Shown: positions 42,749 through 52,289, numbered from the whole stretch's first letter. The stretch: DNA of 63,752 nt, filler included, from 4 parts of 4 records of this genome joined end to end with filler, not necessarily neighbours in it; one strand, 5' to 3'. The notes: generated from the letters alone by a model not told the origin. Translations and numbers: made by a program.

Positions 42749-43081
42749 ATGGAAAGCGGAAAAATTCACAGAACCAACCCTTTCAACGGCGGATCACGTC
42801 AGAAGACCCCTACGATGACTGAGTCTGGACTCCTCCACTACGCCATGATTCAGCGCCGCAAGGAAGCAGTTCTCAAGCGTTAGAAGCAGATGCGCTCTGG
42901 CAAAATTCGCCGCATGTTCACCAAGGACATCGACAAGACGATCCAGAAGATAACCGGTCGCACCATCGCAAAAGTCGTGCACGGCATGTGGAACAAGGGC
43001 TACTTCGATCGTTTCGAAGAATTTCAGACTTCCGATGCGAAGAATCAGAATCAGCAGCGCCCCGAAGCTAAGGCAGCCTAA
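42749..43081 (+). CDS. Small basic protein frame interrupted by an in-frame TAG (or two tandem small ORFs)
   Basis: ATG 42749; TAG 42881-42883; same-frame ATG 42890; TAA 43079-43081; long AT-rich upstream region and downstream terminator. Confidence 0.55.
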
Positions 43082-43130
43082 AGCCACCTCATTTTAAGAT
43101 CTTCTCAACAGGGAAGAGTAGACATAGCCA

Positions 43131-43162
43131 AAAAAGTCGTCGCCGCAAGGTGGCGACTTTTT
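43131..43162. terminator. Bidirectional rho-independent terminator
   Basis: AAAAAGTCGTCGCC-GCAA-GGTGGCGACTTTTT (GNRA loop) between convergent genes. Confidence 0.85.
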
Positions 43163-43178
43163 AGTGTGTATAGATTTC

Positions 43179-43967
43179 TCACCACGGCGGAAGCGCCATG
43201 GTTCCACCGTCCAAGGTGACAATGGTTCCGTTGATATATTCGGAATCCCGGCTCAGGAGAAACGCCGCCGTTTTCGCGATGTCGAGCGGTTGCCCGAGAC
43301 GACGAACCGGAATTTTTTGCTCCACCTGCGCGTAAAGTTCCTCAACGGGCGCATCCCAGCCCTCACAAGTCGCAGCCAGCATCGGGGTATCAATCGTGCC
43401 CGGAGAAATTCCCACTGCACGAATTTTCCCGGCATGATCTGTCGCCAGACAACGAATCAGAGCCTCCAGCGCCGCTTTCGACGCGCAATACAATGCATGC
43501 GCGGGAAAGCCAATTTGAGCGGCCACACTTGTTGTCACCAGAAAAACTCCCTGTTCACTTCCCTTCTCGCCCGTGGCGTTTTTTTCGATTTCAGGAATCG
43601 CGTGTTTGGCCGTCCAAAATACACCTTTCACATTGACGCCCATCACTTTTTCCCAATCGGCATCATTGAAATCCGTCACCATGCCCTTAGCCCAAACGCC
43701 GGCATTGCAGTGGACGCTGTCGATTTTTCCAAAAACCGAAACCGTTTCTGCCACCATTGAGACAACACTTGTTTCATCCGATACATCGGTAAAAACAAAG
43801 TGCACCGAGTCTGCGCCCAGCTCCTCCACGAGTTTTGCGCCTTCCTCCCGCTGGATAGATGCCGCGACCACCTTCGCACCGCACTCCACAAAATGCCGCA
43901 CGCAGGCTTCGCCAATTCCCGAAGTGCCGCCCGTTACGATGATTACTTTTCCGTTCAAATCTTTCAT
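43179..43967 (-). CDS. SDR family oxidoreductase
   Basis: TGGTSGIG, CNAG, YCASK and PGTIDTPM motifs. Confidence 0.95.
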   Translation of the reverse strand: MKDLNGKVIIVTGGTSGIGEACVRHFVECGAKVVAASIQREEGAKLVEELGADSVHFVFTDVSDETSVVSMVAETVSVFGKIDSVHCNAGVWAKGMVTDFNDADWEKVMGVNVKGVFWTAKHAIPEIEKNATGEKGSEQGVFLVTTSVAAQIGFPAHALYCASKAALEALIRCLATDHAGKIRAVGISPGTIDTPMLAATCEGWDAPVEELYAQVEQKIPVRRLGQPLDIAKTAAFLLSRDSEYINGTIVTLDGGTMALPPW

Positions 43968-43973
43968 CTTATT

Positions 43974-44336
43974 TTATTCGTCAAGATCACTGAATTCTGC
44001 GGCTCCCTCACGGAATTGCATGTATTCGAAAACTGCGCCGTCTTTCATAAAAAATGCCACCTGTAAGCCATCCATGGCCGTGAATGGTTCCATGATCACA
44101 TCTTCGCCTTCCAGCGCGGCATGAATATCCGCGTCGTCACCGTCCAATCGAAATGCGACGTGCGGCAGATCTCGAATCGGTCCCGTCACTGGTGAATCAG
44201 CCTCAAAACGGAGGAATTCGACTCGGTAAGGATGATTTTCGGGACGAGTCACCCACACTTTGGTTTCTTCGACATAGGATTCGCCCGGCTGTTTTTCATC
44301 GGTCGGCATACCGATGTGGTGAAAAGTTTTTGTCAT
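43974..44336 (-). CDS. VOC/glyoxalase-like small protein
   Basis: FHHIG...VEF...HVAF...VAFF...E metal-ligand pattern. Confidence 0.7.
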   Translation of the reverse strand: MTKTFHHIGMPTDEKQPGESYVEETKVWVTRPENHPYRVEFLRFEADSPVTGPIRDLPHVAFRLDGDDADIHAALEGEDVIMEPFTAMDGLQVAFFMKDGAVFEYMQFREGAAEFSDLDE

Positions 44337-44380
44337 CGCCGCAAGTTCACCGGAAAAAGCGACAACGGTCAAGATCCGCG

Positions 44381-44452
44381 TTTCACGAACCAACAGGGCA
44401 CGTTCGGCGAATCAATAGAGTACGTTCGACGAACCAACCCTGTTCATTCGTA
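44381..44452. repeat. 22-bp-unit repeat, locus 5 (3 units)
   Basis: gaaccaacagggcacgttcggc / gaatcaatagagtacgttcgac / gaaccaaccctgttcattcgta. Confidence 0.85.
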
Positions 44453-47326
44453 TTTAAAAATCGCGCTCGCCGTGGTGTCGGTGTCACTTATCGCACGAAC
44501 CCAATACGCGCTGAAACCTTCAGGGAATTCATAGGTGACGGATTCGCCAGCCTTAAGTGAAAACCCGTGAGCTGGAATCCACAAACCGGTTCCATCAATA
44601 TCGACTTCGAATGAAATTTTGGCGGCGACACTTGAACTCACCGTTACTGATTTTTTGTCGTAACCGGTCATCAAATACGGATCAGATGGCTCATCTGCTT
44701 TAACATCACTCTCGCTCCAGGGGCCGCCCGTTCCGCGAGGTTTTCCAAGTTTCCAAAGGTCATCAATCACTCCGGCCCAAACGGCGGCTTTGCCGTCTTC
44801 ACTGCGGAAAATCCGTTCACTTTTCGCTTCGGAATCAAGTCCGGTGAAAAAGATCAGGCCGTTGTGCGAACAGAAATCCTGCACGGCTAGATTATGGGTG
44901 GCGATCGGGCGGGCTTTGGCCAGCCCCTGCGCGTTTCGAGCGGGGAGTTCGTAAAATGTGCCGTGAACATTCAGCAAATCGCGTTCGGTGGCGACCTCGC
45001 GACAAATCCGAGCAATGCCAAAGTCCCGAGCGTTTGGAGGCGCGATTTCGACTGTTTTTTCAAAAGCCGCGATCTCATACATCCTGAGAAATCCGTGATC
45101 CTGAGATGCGAGACGAAGTTTTTTTGTAGTGACGGGGGTTTCAAATTCGATACTCCGCTCGATCGTTTTGTTGTCTCGAATTTCGCCGGGCGGTACGGTT
45201 TTCCAGCTGTCCCCCTCGGGGATTTGCACATCGAAATTTTTGGCAACGTATTGGATTTCGTTTTTCCATCCGGAGATCACCCACAAATTTTGGAATGTCG
45301 TTTCGCTTTTAAATTCGAATTCGATCCACGGTTTCGCTTCATTCGCAGAAATCCAGCGCCCTTCGTCGATGCGTTGTCCGTCGACTGCCTTCTCTGCAGA
45401 AAAATCGAGATGCGTTGAGCTGGCGGCGACGGTTGCATCGAGGAGGAGATTATCTGAAAAGTGACGGCTGATCGAATCGGACATTTTAGCAGCGGCGGCA
45501 GTTTCAGCTTTGTATGCATCATTTTTCGGCAATCGATAGCGTTTGCCGTCCTCGATCATCAGGACGGACGCGGCATCAACCGTGATCGTATTTTCCGGCT
45601 GACGAACGTCATTCACCAGATCGGAACTGGCTTTCAAATCATCAACTGGCACCAACTCGAGGGCTTCGTTGATTTCGTAAAAGCGGGTTTTATCTCCATC
45701 GGCAGCGACCAATCCAAGTCGATCATAGGCGAGACTTCGCATCATGCCGGATCTTGCAGCGGGTGTTTCCGCCGTCGCGATCCCTGCGAAAAAACCGGCG
45801 TTTTTCTCGTCGCGGGAATCGTGGTTTCGATACTGAAAGTTTGCGGTGATTCCTTCGACATCGCGATCCGTTTTCAACCGAATCCAAATTCCCGACTCGT
45901 CACCGAAAAGATGTGAAATCGCGTCGCCAGCCGGGATGGTGAGATCCCGCAACGGCTTCCACGTATTGTTTCCAACATGATCGATCTCCAGCGAGACGGT
46001 CACATTTTCAGCCGAATCATTTTTCAAGTGCAGCTGTCGGTGGTCGTAACCGCTGAAAAGATAGGGATCGCTCGGCTCGTCGGCTTTTACGGAATCACGA
46101 AGCCAAACGGAACCTCGACCAATTGCGGGGCCGAAATCATCGAGCTGATCGGGTGTCACAAACCAAAAATTCGAGTTCGATTGTTTCGGTGCCGCCTTCT
46201 CGGATTTAAACGGACGGGTGTTTAAGAATTCTGCTTTTGCAGAGTCATCGCAGCCAAAAACGATGTGGTCATTCCAGCGACAGAAATCGCCGATGACTTT
46301 CAGATAATTCGAATGAGGAGTTATTCCGGCAGAATTTTCTAATGAAAATGTAGCGGGGAATTTCCAAAACGTACCGTGCATCGTGGCGAGAAAATCGTCG
46401 CCTTCGCCGATCTCGCGAATGCGTGGCCATTCAGTATTCCAACCGTGAGCACCGTCGTAACTGTGGCTTCCTTTCGGAAGACGAAAGTAGTGCCACTTTT
46501 TCTTTTCGAGTAGCGCAAGGATCAACGAACGTGCGTCCCAACCCATTGCCCAAATCGGATCGGACTCTGGATTTTCATTGCCATAAATCCCGCCGGGGCC
46601 GGTCACTTCAGTAAACTGATTGCGCCTAATCAGTTGCCAGTCGCCCTCACCAAACCACTGACCAAGTGCGCCTGAAGGAACCGTCGGATCTGTTTTCACG
46701 GAGGCTCCCACTTCCCCGTTGTTCGCGTAAACGACTCTGCCCTGAGTGGAATAGAGGCCTTTTCCATGATAACCGGGAAATTCGCTGGAAACGCCGTCGC
46801 CCTCTTTGGTGTGGCCATCGCGAATGAGGCATTTTACAGCGAGCGTTTTCAAATCGACCTCGTAAAGCCCCTCTTCCATCGTGGCGTAGTAGACTTTGTT
46901 CCCAGGATTGGTGAGGTGCCGGGCATTCGCAGTAAGCCGCCCGAGCATATCCGCAGGTTGGATCACACGAATTTTTTTCGCGGCATCAATGAGATAGGGA
47001 CCGATCAACAATTGATTGGTTTCGCGGTGTATCATCCGATTGGCCGGCGTCCCACCAACGCTGCTTTCGAAAATGATTTTTTTAAGATCCGGAGTGATCT
47101 GATACAGCTTATCAGAAGACCCACGCGGCGAGTGCGGTGCGTAGGTGACGGCCCATAGATCGCCTTGCCATAGAACCAGAGCTCCTGATCCACACTCATT
47201 TTCCGAATTCCACATTCTAAGATGCGGATAGACTCCGGAGATCTCAACGGGCTCAGCCGCCGAGAGTTGGACGACGCCGCAAAAAAAGAGAATAGCGACG
47301 AGAAATGTTGCAAAAACGTTTTTCAT
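44444..47326 (-). CDS. Large secreted protein with an internal discoidin (F5/8 type C)-like domain
   Basis: Signal peptide MKNVF...LSAA; ATVAASS..AEKAVDG...RW...PWIEFEF...YEI segment; the rest is unrecognised and beta-rich. Confidence 0.75.
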   Translation of the reverse strand: MKNVFATFLVAILFFCGVVQLSAAEPVEISGVYPHLRMWNSENECGSGALVLWQGDLWAVTYAPHSPRGSSDKLYQITPDLKKIIFESSVGGTPANRMIHRETNQLLIGPYLIDAAKKIRVIQPADMLGRLTANARHLTNPGNKVYYATMEEGLYEVDLKTLAVKCLIRDGHTKEGDGVSSEFPGYHGKGLYSTQGRVVYANNGEVGASVKTDPTVPSGALGQWFGEGDWQLIRRNQFTEVTGPGGIYGNENPESDPIWAMGWDARSLILALLEKKKWHYFRLPKGSHSYDGAHGWNTEWPRIREIGEGDDFLATMHGTFWKFPATFSLENSAGITPHSNYLKVIGDFCRWNDHIVFGCDDSAKAEFLNTRPFKSEKAAPKQSNSNFWFVTPDQLDDFGPAIGRGSVWLRDSVKADEPSDPYLFSGYDHRQLHLKNDSAENVTVSLEIDHVGNNTWKPLRDLTIPAGDAISHLFGDESGIWIRLKTDRDVEGITANFQYRNHDSRDEKNAGFFAGIATAETPAARSGMMRSLAYDRLGLVAADGDKTRFYEINEALELVPVDDLKASSDLVNDVRQPENTITVDAASVLMIEDGKRYRLPKNDAYKAETAAAAKMSDSISRHFSDNLLLDATVAASSTHLDFSAEKAVDGQRIDEGRWISANEAKPWIEFEFKSETTFQNLWVISGWKNEIQYVAKNFDVQIPEGDSWKTVPPGEIRDNKTIERSIEFETPVTTKKLRLASQDHGFLRMYEIAAFEKTVEIAPPNARDFGIARICREVATERDLLNVHGTFYELPARNAQGLAKARPIATHNLAVQDFCSHNGLIFFTGLDSEAKSERIFRSEDGKAAVWAGVIDDLWKLGKPRGTGGPWSESDVKADEPSDPYLMTGYDKKSVTVSSSVAAKISFEVDIDGTGLWIPAHGFSLKAGESVTYEFPEGFSAYWVRAISDTDTTASAIFKYE

Positions 47327-47394
47327 AATGTGACACCTAAAGGAGTCAGGCTTCCAGAATTCTGGACACATTATTCAAACAAAAATCTCGGCAC

Positions 47395-47443
47395 TTTACG
47401 AATCAATTGAGTTGAATCGACAATCCAACAGGGATGGATTCTG
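47395..47443. repeat. Degenerate 22-bp-unit repeat, locus 6
   Basis: gaatcaattgagttgaatcgac / aatccaacagggatggattctg. Confidence 0.6.
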
Positions 47444-47475
47444 GATGATCACAGATTTTTTTTACCTTTTCTCAC

Positions 47476-50157
47476 TCAAGCAGCTTGCGTCATGGCCTGA
47501 TCGATGACGGCTCGAACCGCAGCGGTCATGTTTTCGATCTTGTAAGGTTTCTGAACAAATCCGTCGGGAACACTGCCTTCAGCAGACTGGAACGTGGACA
47601 AATCAACGAGGTAACCTGAGCAGATAAGAACCGGGACGTAATCGAACCGTTCGCGAATTTCAGTAAAGGTCTCGTCTCCTGATTTTTTCGGCATGGTCAT
47701 GTCGAGAAGGACAAGATCGATTTGCTGATCGCCCTTTTCGAAGATTTCGATGGCCTCTTCTCCATCTGAGGCGGTGATGATGTTGTAGCCCATTTTCGAC
47801 AGCAGTTTTTCAGCGACGGAACGAACGACCATCTCATCATCAACCAAAAGAAGGGTCTCGCCCTGGCCGCGACCGATGACGGCTTGTGTAGTTTTCACTT
47901 CGACACCTTGCTGAAGCTCCTTCGAGCGTGGGATATAGATGAAAAAGGTTGTGCCTTCGCCAATTTCACTCTCAAAATCGATCCACCCACCGAGTTGCTG
48001 AGCGATACCAAGGCAGGTAGCGAGTCCCAAGCCCGTTCCTTTGCCCTGCTCTTTCGTGGTGAAAAAGGGATCAAAAATCTGCTTTTGAATTTCTTTGGGA
48101 ATTCCTTCGCCGTTATCTTCGATAATGAGGCAGAGATAATCTCCGGCTCGAGAATCCGGGTGAACTTGCGCATCTTTTTCTGAAATCACGCAATTTTTGG
48201 TTGTGTACTTCAGATTTCCTCCATCCGGCATCGCATCAACAGCATTCACCGACATGTTCATGACAATTTGGCTCAGGAGGGCCGGGTCCGAAAGAACGTG
48301 CCATGCATTTACATCCAGATTACTGGCATCAACCGTGACTTTTGGATTAATCGTGCTGCTGATAAGGTCTTTGGTTTCTTCGACGATCTCGATCGCGTTG
48401 CATGGACAAAGGTCGATGTGGCTGCGACGGGAAAATCCGAGGAGTTTTTTCACAAGGCTGGTTGCCCGGCGGCTGGCGTGCATGGCCCGAATCAGTAACT
48501 CCTTCTTATCTTCGTGATTTTCACCAAGGTCTTCCATTTCGAGCAGTGAAAGGTGCCCGTATATTCCGGTGAGCAAGTTGTTGAAATCGTGAGCAACGCC
48601 ACCGGCAAGAGTGCCGAGCGCTTCGAGTTTCTGAGACTGACGGAGATTCTCTTCAAGAACACGTTTTTCGGTAAGGTCCCGAAGCACCCAGAGACGGCCG
48701 CTGGTTTCGCCAAGGCTGTCTGTAATCGGGGTGGTAAAGAGCGCTGCTACGCAATAATTGTCCCCGGCGCCGGTTTTGATCAGGTTTACCTCACGCTCGA
48801 AAATTGAGTTCGGTTTTAACATTGCCCCGAGAAATTCACGAGCGTCTTTCTTTTTCTTAATCTTGCCGATCAAGTGGTCGCGAAGCTCAGTCTCACTCAG
48901 TTCAGAATGATCCAGATTAGGAAGGTCAAGCAAACTGGAAAAAACACAGTTGCCCATGATAACGTATCCATTGGAATCGGTCACCAGTATCCCATCTTTT
49001 GATTCATTAAACGCGGCACGAAGGCGAGCCGTGGTATGCTTCAAATTCTGCTCGGACTTCTCCAGGTTCTTAGTACGTTTGGCGACGAGAAATTCCAGTT
49101 TTTCGTTGTGGCCTTTGATTTTCGAGACCATAAGATTAAAAGACTCAGCAAGCTCCCTTCCCTCCAGGAATCCGTTCGCTTCAACGGTAACATCCAAATC
49201 ACCACTGGCGACAAGACGAGCGCTCTCGTTCAAGCTACCGACATCCTTGGTGATGATCGATGTGACGACAAGGCCGATGAGCGTGGCAAATACAAAAGTC
49301 ATCGCCAAGGCGAAAAGCAATGCGATCTGAGATGTTGAAACGAGCTGCTTTACAGAAGAAAGAGGTTCTAAAACAAGCAACGCAAGTTCCGAATTCCCAA
49401 CGCTGAAATGCTTCACTGAGTATAGGTTTTCGACTCCGTCCGATGAAGTATGAACCCCACTTGACTTGTCTTTCAAGGCAGCCAGTGTCATTCCGGGGAA
49501 ATAGGCTGACTCACTGTACGGATCGTTGCCTGAAGAAATCAACATTCGGCCACCTTGATCCAAGAGAACAAATTTTCCATTCTTTTCACCGAGAGAGCTT
49601 TCATTGATCAGTTTACGAATTCTTCCAAAGTCGTGTCGCGCGACAATTACGTTCTCTACTTCAGATTTCTTGTTGAACAGAGGGATATAAATTGAGAAAA
49701 CCAGCTCCTCATTCCCAAAGATCACAGTTGGCAAGGATATCGTAGTCTCCCCCTCTAGAGCAGCCTCAAACCATGTCGTTTCGTCTTTCATCTTGGGAAG
49801 GTCTTTCGTCGTCGATTCGATCAAATACCCTGAATCACGATAAAGACTGATATCAATAAAGGATTCATTGGCACGCTGAAGCCTCCCCAACTCCCCCATC
49901 CGCGCTCCAATCTCGGCATCCAGATCTGAAACAATCGGATTTGTTTCGAGTGACTTCAAGCGGGATGCCATCCCTTCCATGAGCAGTTGGAGATGACTTA
50001 CCATCTGACCATTAATATTGATGATTCGATCTTGCTCAGAATTGCGGATCGTATTTCCCATGAAACCATTCGTGCATAAAAAGAGGGCAACGAGTGGAAG
50101 CAGACCCGTGAAAATCACGGCTACAAGGATCTGCCGTCTGAGTGAAAGTGCCTTCAT
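47476..50157 (-). CDS. Hybrid sensor histidine kinase (Cache-HAMP-PAS-HisKA-HATPase-REC)
   Basis: Two TMs; AGGVAHDFNNLL H-box, NAVDAM, DNGEGI, FDPFFTTK and GTGLGL; receiver LLVDDE...DMTMP...KP. Confidence 0.95.
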   Translation of the reverse strand: MKALSLRRQILVAVIFTGLLPLVALFLCTNGFMGNTIRNSEQDRIININGQMVSHLQLLMEGMASRLKSLETNPIVSDLDAEIGARMGELGRLQRANESFIDISLYRDSGYLIESTTKDLPKMKDETTWFEAALEGETTISLPTVIFGNEELVFSIYIPLFNKKSEVENVIVARHDFGRIRKLINESSLGEKNGKFVLLDQGGRMLISSGNDPYSESAYFPGMTLAALKDKSSGVHTSSDGVENLYSVKHFSVGNSELALLVLEPLSSVKQLVSTSQIALLFALAMTFVFATLIGLVVTSIITKDVGSLNESARLVASGDLDVTVEANGFLEGRELAESFNLMVSKIKGHNEKLEFLVAKRTKNLEKSEQNLKHTTARLRAAFNESKDGILVTDSNGYVIMGNCVFSSLLDLPNLDHSELSETELRDHLIGKIKKKKDAREFLGAMLKPNSIFEREVNLIKTGAGDNYCVAALFTTPITDSLGETSGRLWVLRDLTEKRVLEENLRQSQKLEALGTLAGGVAHDFNNLLTGIYGHLSLLEMEDLGENHEDKKELLIRAMHASRRATSLVKKLLGFSRRSHIDLCPCNAIEIVEETKDLISSTINPKVTVDASNLDVNAWHVLSDPALLSQIVMNMSVNAVDAMPDGGNLKYTTKNCVISEKDAQVHPDSRAGDYLCLIIEDNGEGIPKEIQKQIFDPFFTTKEQGKGTGLGLATCLGIAQQLGGWIDFESEIGEGTTFFIYIPRSKELQQGVEVKTTQAVIGRGQGETLLLVDDEMVVRSVAEKLLSKMGYNIITASDGEEAIEIFEKGDQQIDLVLLDMTMPKKSGDETFTEIRERFDYVPVLICSGYLVDLSTFQSAEGSVPDGFVQKPYKIENMTAAVRAVIDQAMTQAA

Positions 50158-50303
50158 CGGGATACGGGGAATCTAAGCTGACCGGCTTTACCCCCTTGTA
50201 AGGCGACAACGCAGAACGCTACAATCAGTGACGTTAATGTTTTTATATTTATTTTCATATCTTGGGGGGGGAAATATAATTAGAAGATAATATTCAACAT
50301 TAC

Positions 50304-50403
50304 NNNNNNNNNNNNNNNNNNNNNNNNNNNNNNNNNNNNNNNNNNNNTTAATTAATTAANNNNNNNNNNNNNNNNNNNNNNNNNNNNNNNNNNNNNNNNN
50401 NNN
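50304..50403. other. Artificial contig linker
   Basis: 44 N + TTAATTAATTAA + 44 N. Confidence 0.99.
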
Positions 50404-50477
50404 GAAATTAGATAAAACGAGATCGCTAAAATAAGGGTGTCAGCTAGGGACATTGCAGCCGATAATTACACTATTAC

Positions 50478-50672
50478 TTATTGCCTACCTGTCAGCTCAT
50501 CCCAGCTAATCGGTTCACCAGCCACTAACTGCCGACCGCGAGTGTGCATTGCTTGTAGGTCGGTTTCACTGTATTTAGACCACCAATCAGGAAGCCTGCA
50601 GCGTTGCCGTTCTCCCGGAAGAAGAGCGTCATCTTCAACAACAGGCTTTCGCTGCCTTCGCTTAGCTGGCAT
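50478..50672 (-). CDS. Small hypothetical protein
   Basis: ATG 14 bp after the sigma factor stop, co-oriented, 64 aa. Confidence 0.55.
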   Translation of the reverse strand: MPAKRRQRKPVVEDDALLPGERQRCRLPDWWSKYSETDLQAMHTRGRQLVAGEPISWDELTGRQ

Positions 50673-50685
50673 GACCTAAGCCCTA

Positions 50686-51885
50686 TCAAGCAGCCATTGC
50701 TTTCAGGACTGCTGCGATCGCTTGTGGTGAGCCTTCGTAGGAAACGCTATTGATTGTCAAGCTGACGGCTTCAGAATCACGCTCTGCTGCAATCTCTTCA
50801 CGAGTGCGCCGCACCCGCTTCCTCGGCTTGGGAGCCTCGATCGCAGGCTCGACTTCTGGTGCTTCAACCAAGCGTTCTAGAGCTTCTGCATTTACTGCAG
50901 CATGTCCATTTGTTGTGGGCTGGATTGATTGAGTCATGGGTGATTCAGGTAATGATGAACAGGAATGAGCAAGAACTAATTCCCTTGCTGGCAATGGCAC
51001 AGGCAAAGGAATATTTGGTTTTATTATTGCTGCTGCAGATTTTTCTATACCGCAGATTCGCTGCCTAATATCTTCTGGGCAATGTTCACGTACTGTTGCT
51101 CTAAGATCCTTAAGGCGTCGAGATACTTTTGATGAATGCAATCCTAATAATTCACCCATTTCTGTTTTTGAATAGTTTTCAGCTAGTTCTAGTGTTGCTA
51201 CTGCATCACGAACACCACCATCTTCAATATCTTTCAACTCGTTAAAAGCATCTACAATATCAATGCTTTCATCATCAATGATTTTATCTGCAATAAGGTC
51301 TATTAGCTTGGTAGAGTCTTCGCCCATTGTTACTTTTTTATCTAACGACGTGCATTCAGCTCTAGCATTTAAGGCGAATAGCTCATGACACTTTTTAGCA
51401 TCAATATTCTGCTCAGCTGCAAACTCTTCTAGCGTTTGACCTTCAGGGCGATATTTCCATTTCATGCCAAGTGCGTGCGCATGCTGTGGCTTACAAATTG
51501 TTCCATTGTTCATTTCGCAGCATCTATTCATTGATTGCCTAATCCACCAATAGGCGTATGTGCTGAACTTGTAGCCACTCTCTGGATCAAACTTTTCAAC
51601 TGCACGATTCAAACCTAATGTTCCTTCCTGCAACAGGTCTTCTGCACTAATCGCTGGGTTAGCTGCAACACGCTTGCTGTATTTCTTGAGGAGAGCTGCA
51701 ACAAGTTTTAAATTACACCTAATGAACCGATCTTTAGCCCTTCTACCTCGTTTAATCGTGCGAGCATCAGGGTCTTCTGCTGTTAACCAAGCCTGGATTT
51801 GATGTCCTAGCTGAATTTCTTGCGCACCAGTTAATAACGGGGCTCGCCCCGCACCGTTCATCCAATGATCAACGCTGCTTGTCAA
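50686..51885 (-). CDS. RpoD-family (group 2-like) sigma-70 factor with a C-terminal extension
   Basis: GRAPLLT..QEIQL (region 1.2); NLKLV, DLLQEGTLGLNRAVEKFDP..GYKFSTYAYWWIRQ (region 2); SLD; divergent HTH EMGELLGLHSSKVSR. Confidence 0.9.
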   Translation of the reverse strand: MTSSVDHWMNGAGRAPLLTGAQEIQLGHQIQAWLTAEDPDARTIKRGRRAKDRFIRCNLKLVAALLKKYSKRVAANPAISAEDLLQEGTLGLNRAVEKFDPESGYKFSTYAYWWIRQSMNRCCEMNNGTICKPQHAHALGMKWKYRPEGQTLEEFAAEQNIDAKKCHELFALNARAECTSLDKKVTMGEDSTKLIDLIADKIIDDESIDIVDAFNELKDIEDGGVRDAVATLELAENYSKTEMGELLGLHSSKVSRRLKDLRATVREHCPEDIRQRICGIEKSAAAIIKPNIPLPVPLPARELVLAHSCSSLPESPMTQSIQPTTNGHAAVNAEALERLVEAPEVEPAIEAPKPRKRVRRTREEIAAERDSEAVSLTINSVSYEGSPQAIAAVLKAMAA

Positions 51886-52016
51886 ACGATTGCAGGTCGC
51901 TATTACATTCTTAGTTTAGCTTTATTGACCGGCTGAAACAACATCAATATGCAGCAGAAGATCTCATCAGCCGCCCCCAACCGATGAGATCCAATGCACC
52001 AGTCCACCTTCCCGGG

Positions 52017-52289
52017 TTAGGCAGAGCCGGACTGGAACTTGCGCTGTAACTTTTCCTTCTTGGCGTGGAATGCTTCCTTCTGACGATGACGTTCTTCCAT
52101 ATTCCTAAGCGCCTTGCCTCTTTTTACGTTGGGAGGTGCAAGGAGTTGTGCCTCGATTGCACTCATTCCTTGCGCCGCAACGTGCGCATCGTATTTGCGA
52201 CTAGCTCGCTTTGCTTCGAGCTGACGCTGAATAGACCGTGCCGTTGCTTCGCCAGGATTAGAGCCTGGCAGTGTGCCGCCAAATGTCAT
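52017..52289 (-). CDS. Hypothetical basic protein
   Basis: TAATG-coupled to the upstream gene; GAGG RBS. Confidence 0.65.
   Translation of the reverse strand: MTFGGTLPGSNPGEATARSIQRQLEAKRASRKYDAHVAAQGMSAIEAQLLAPPNVKRGKALRNMEERHRQKEAFHAKKEKLQRKFQSGSA

Noticed and set aside
39804-43081. Stop-codon reassignment in the Verrucomicrobia-like contig (three in-frame stops)
   Set aside because: TGA terminates many intact genes here (dcd, parE, DASS, SDR), the long genes have no internal stops, and the autotransporter also has a frameshift. Pseudogenisation explains it better.
19847-50403. Apparent bacterium-alga-bacterium-cyanobacterium mosaic (possible HGT)
   Set aside because: All three junctions are identical N44-TTAATTAATTAA-N44 linkers, so this is concatenation, not biology; no cross-contig linkage can be inferred.
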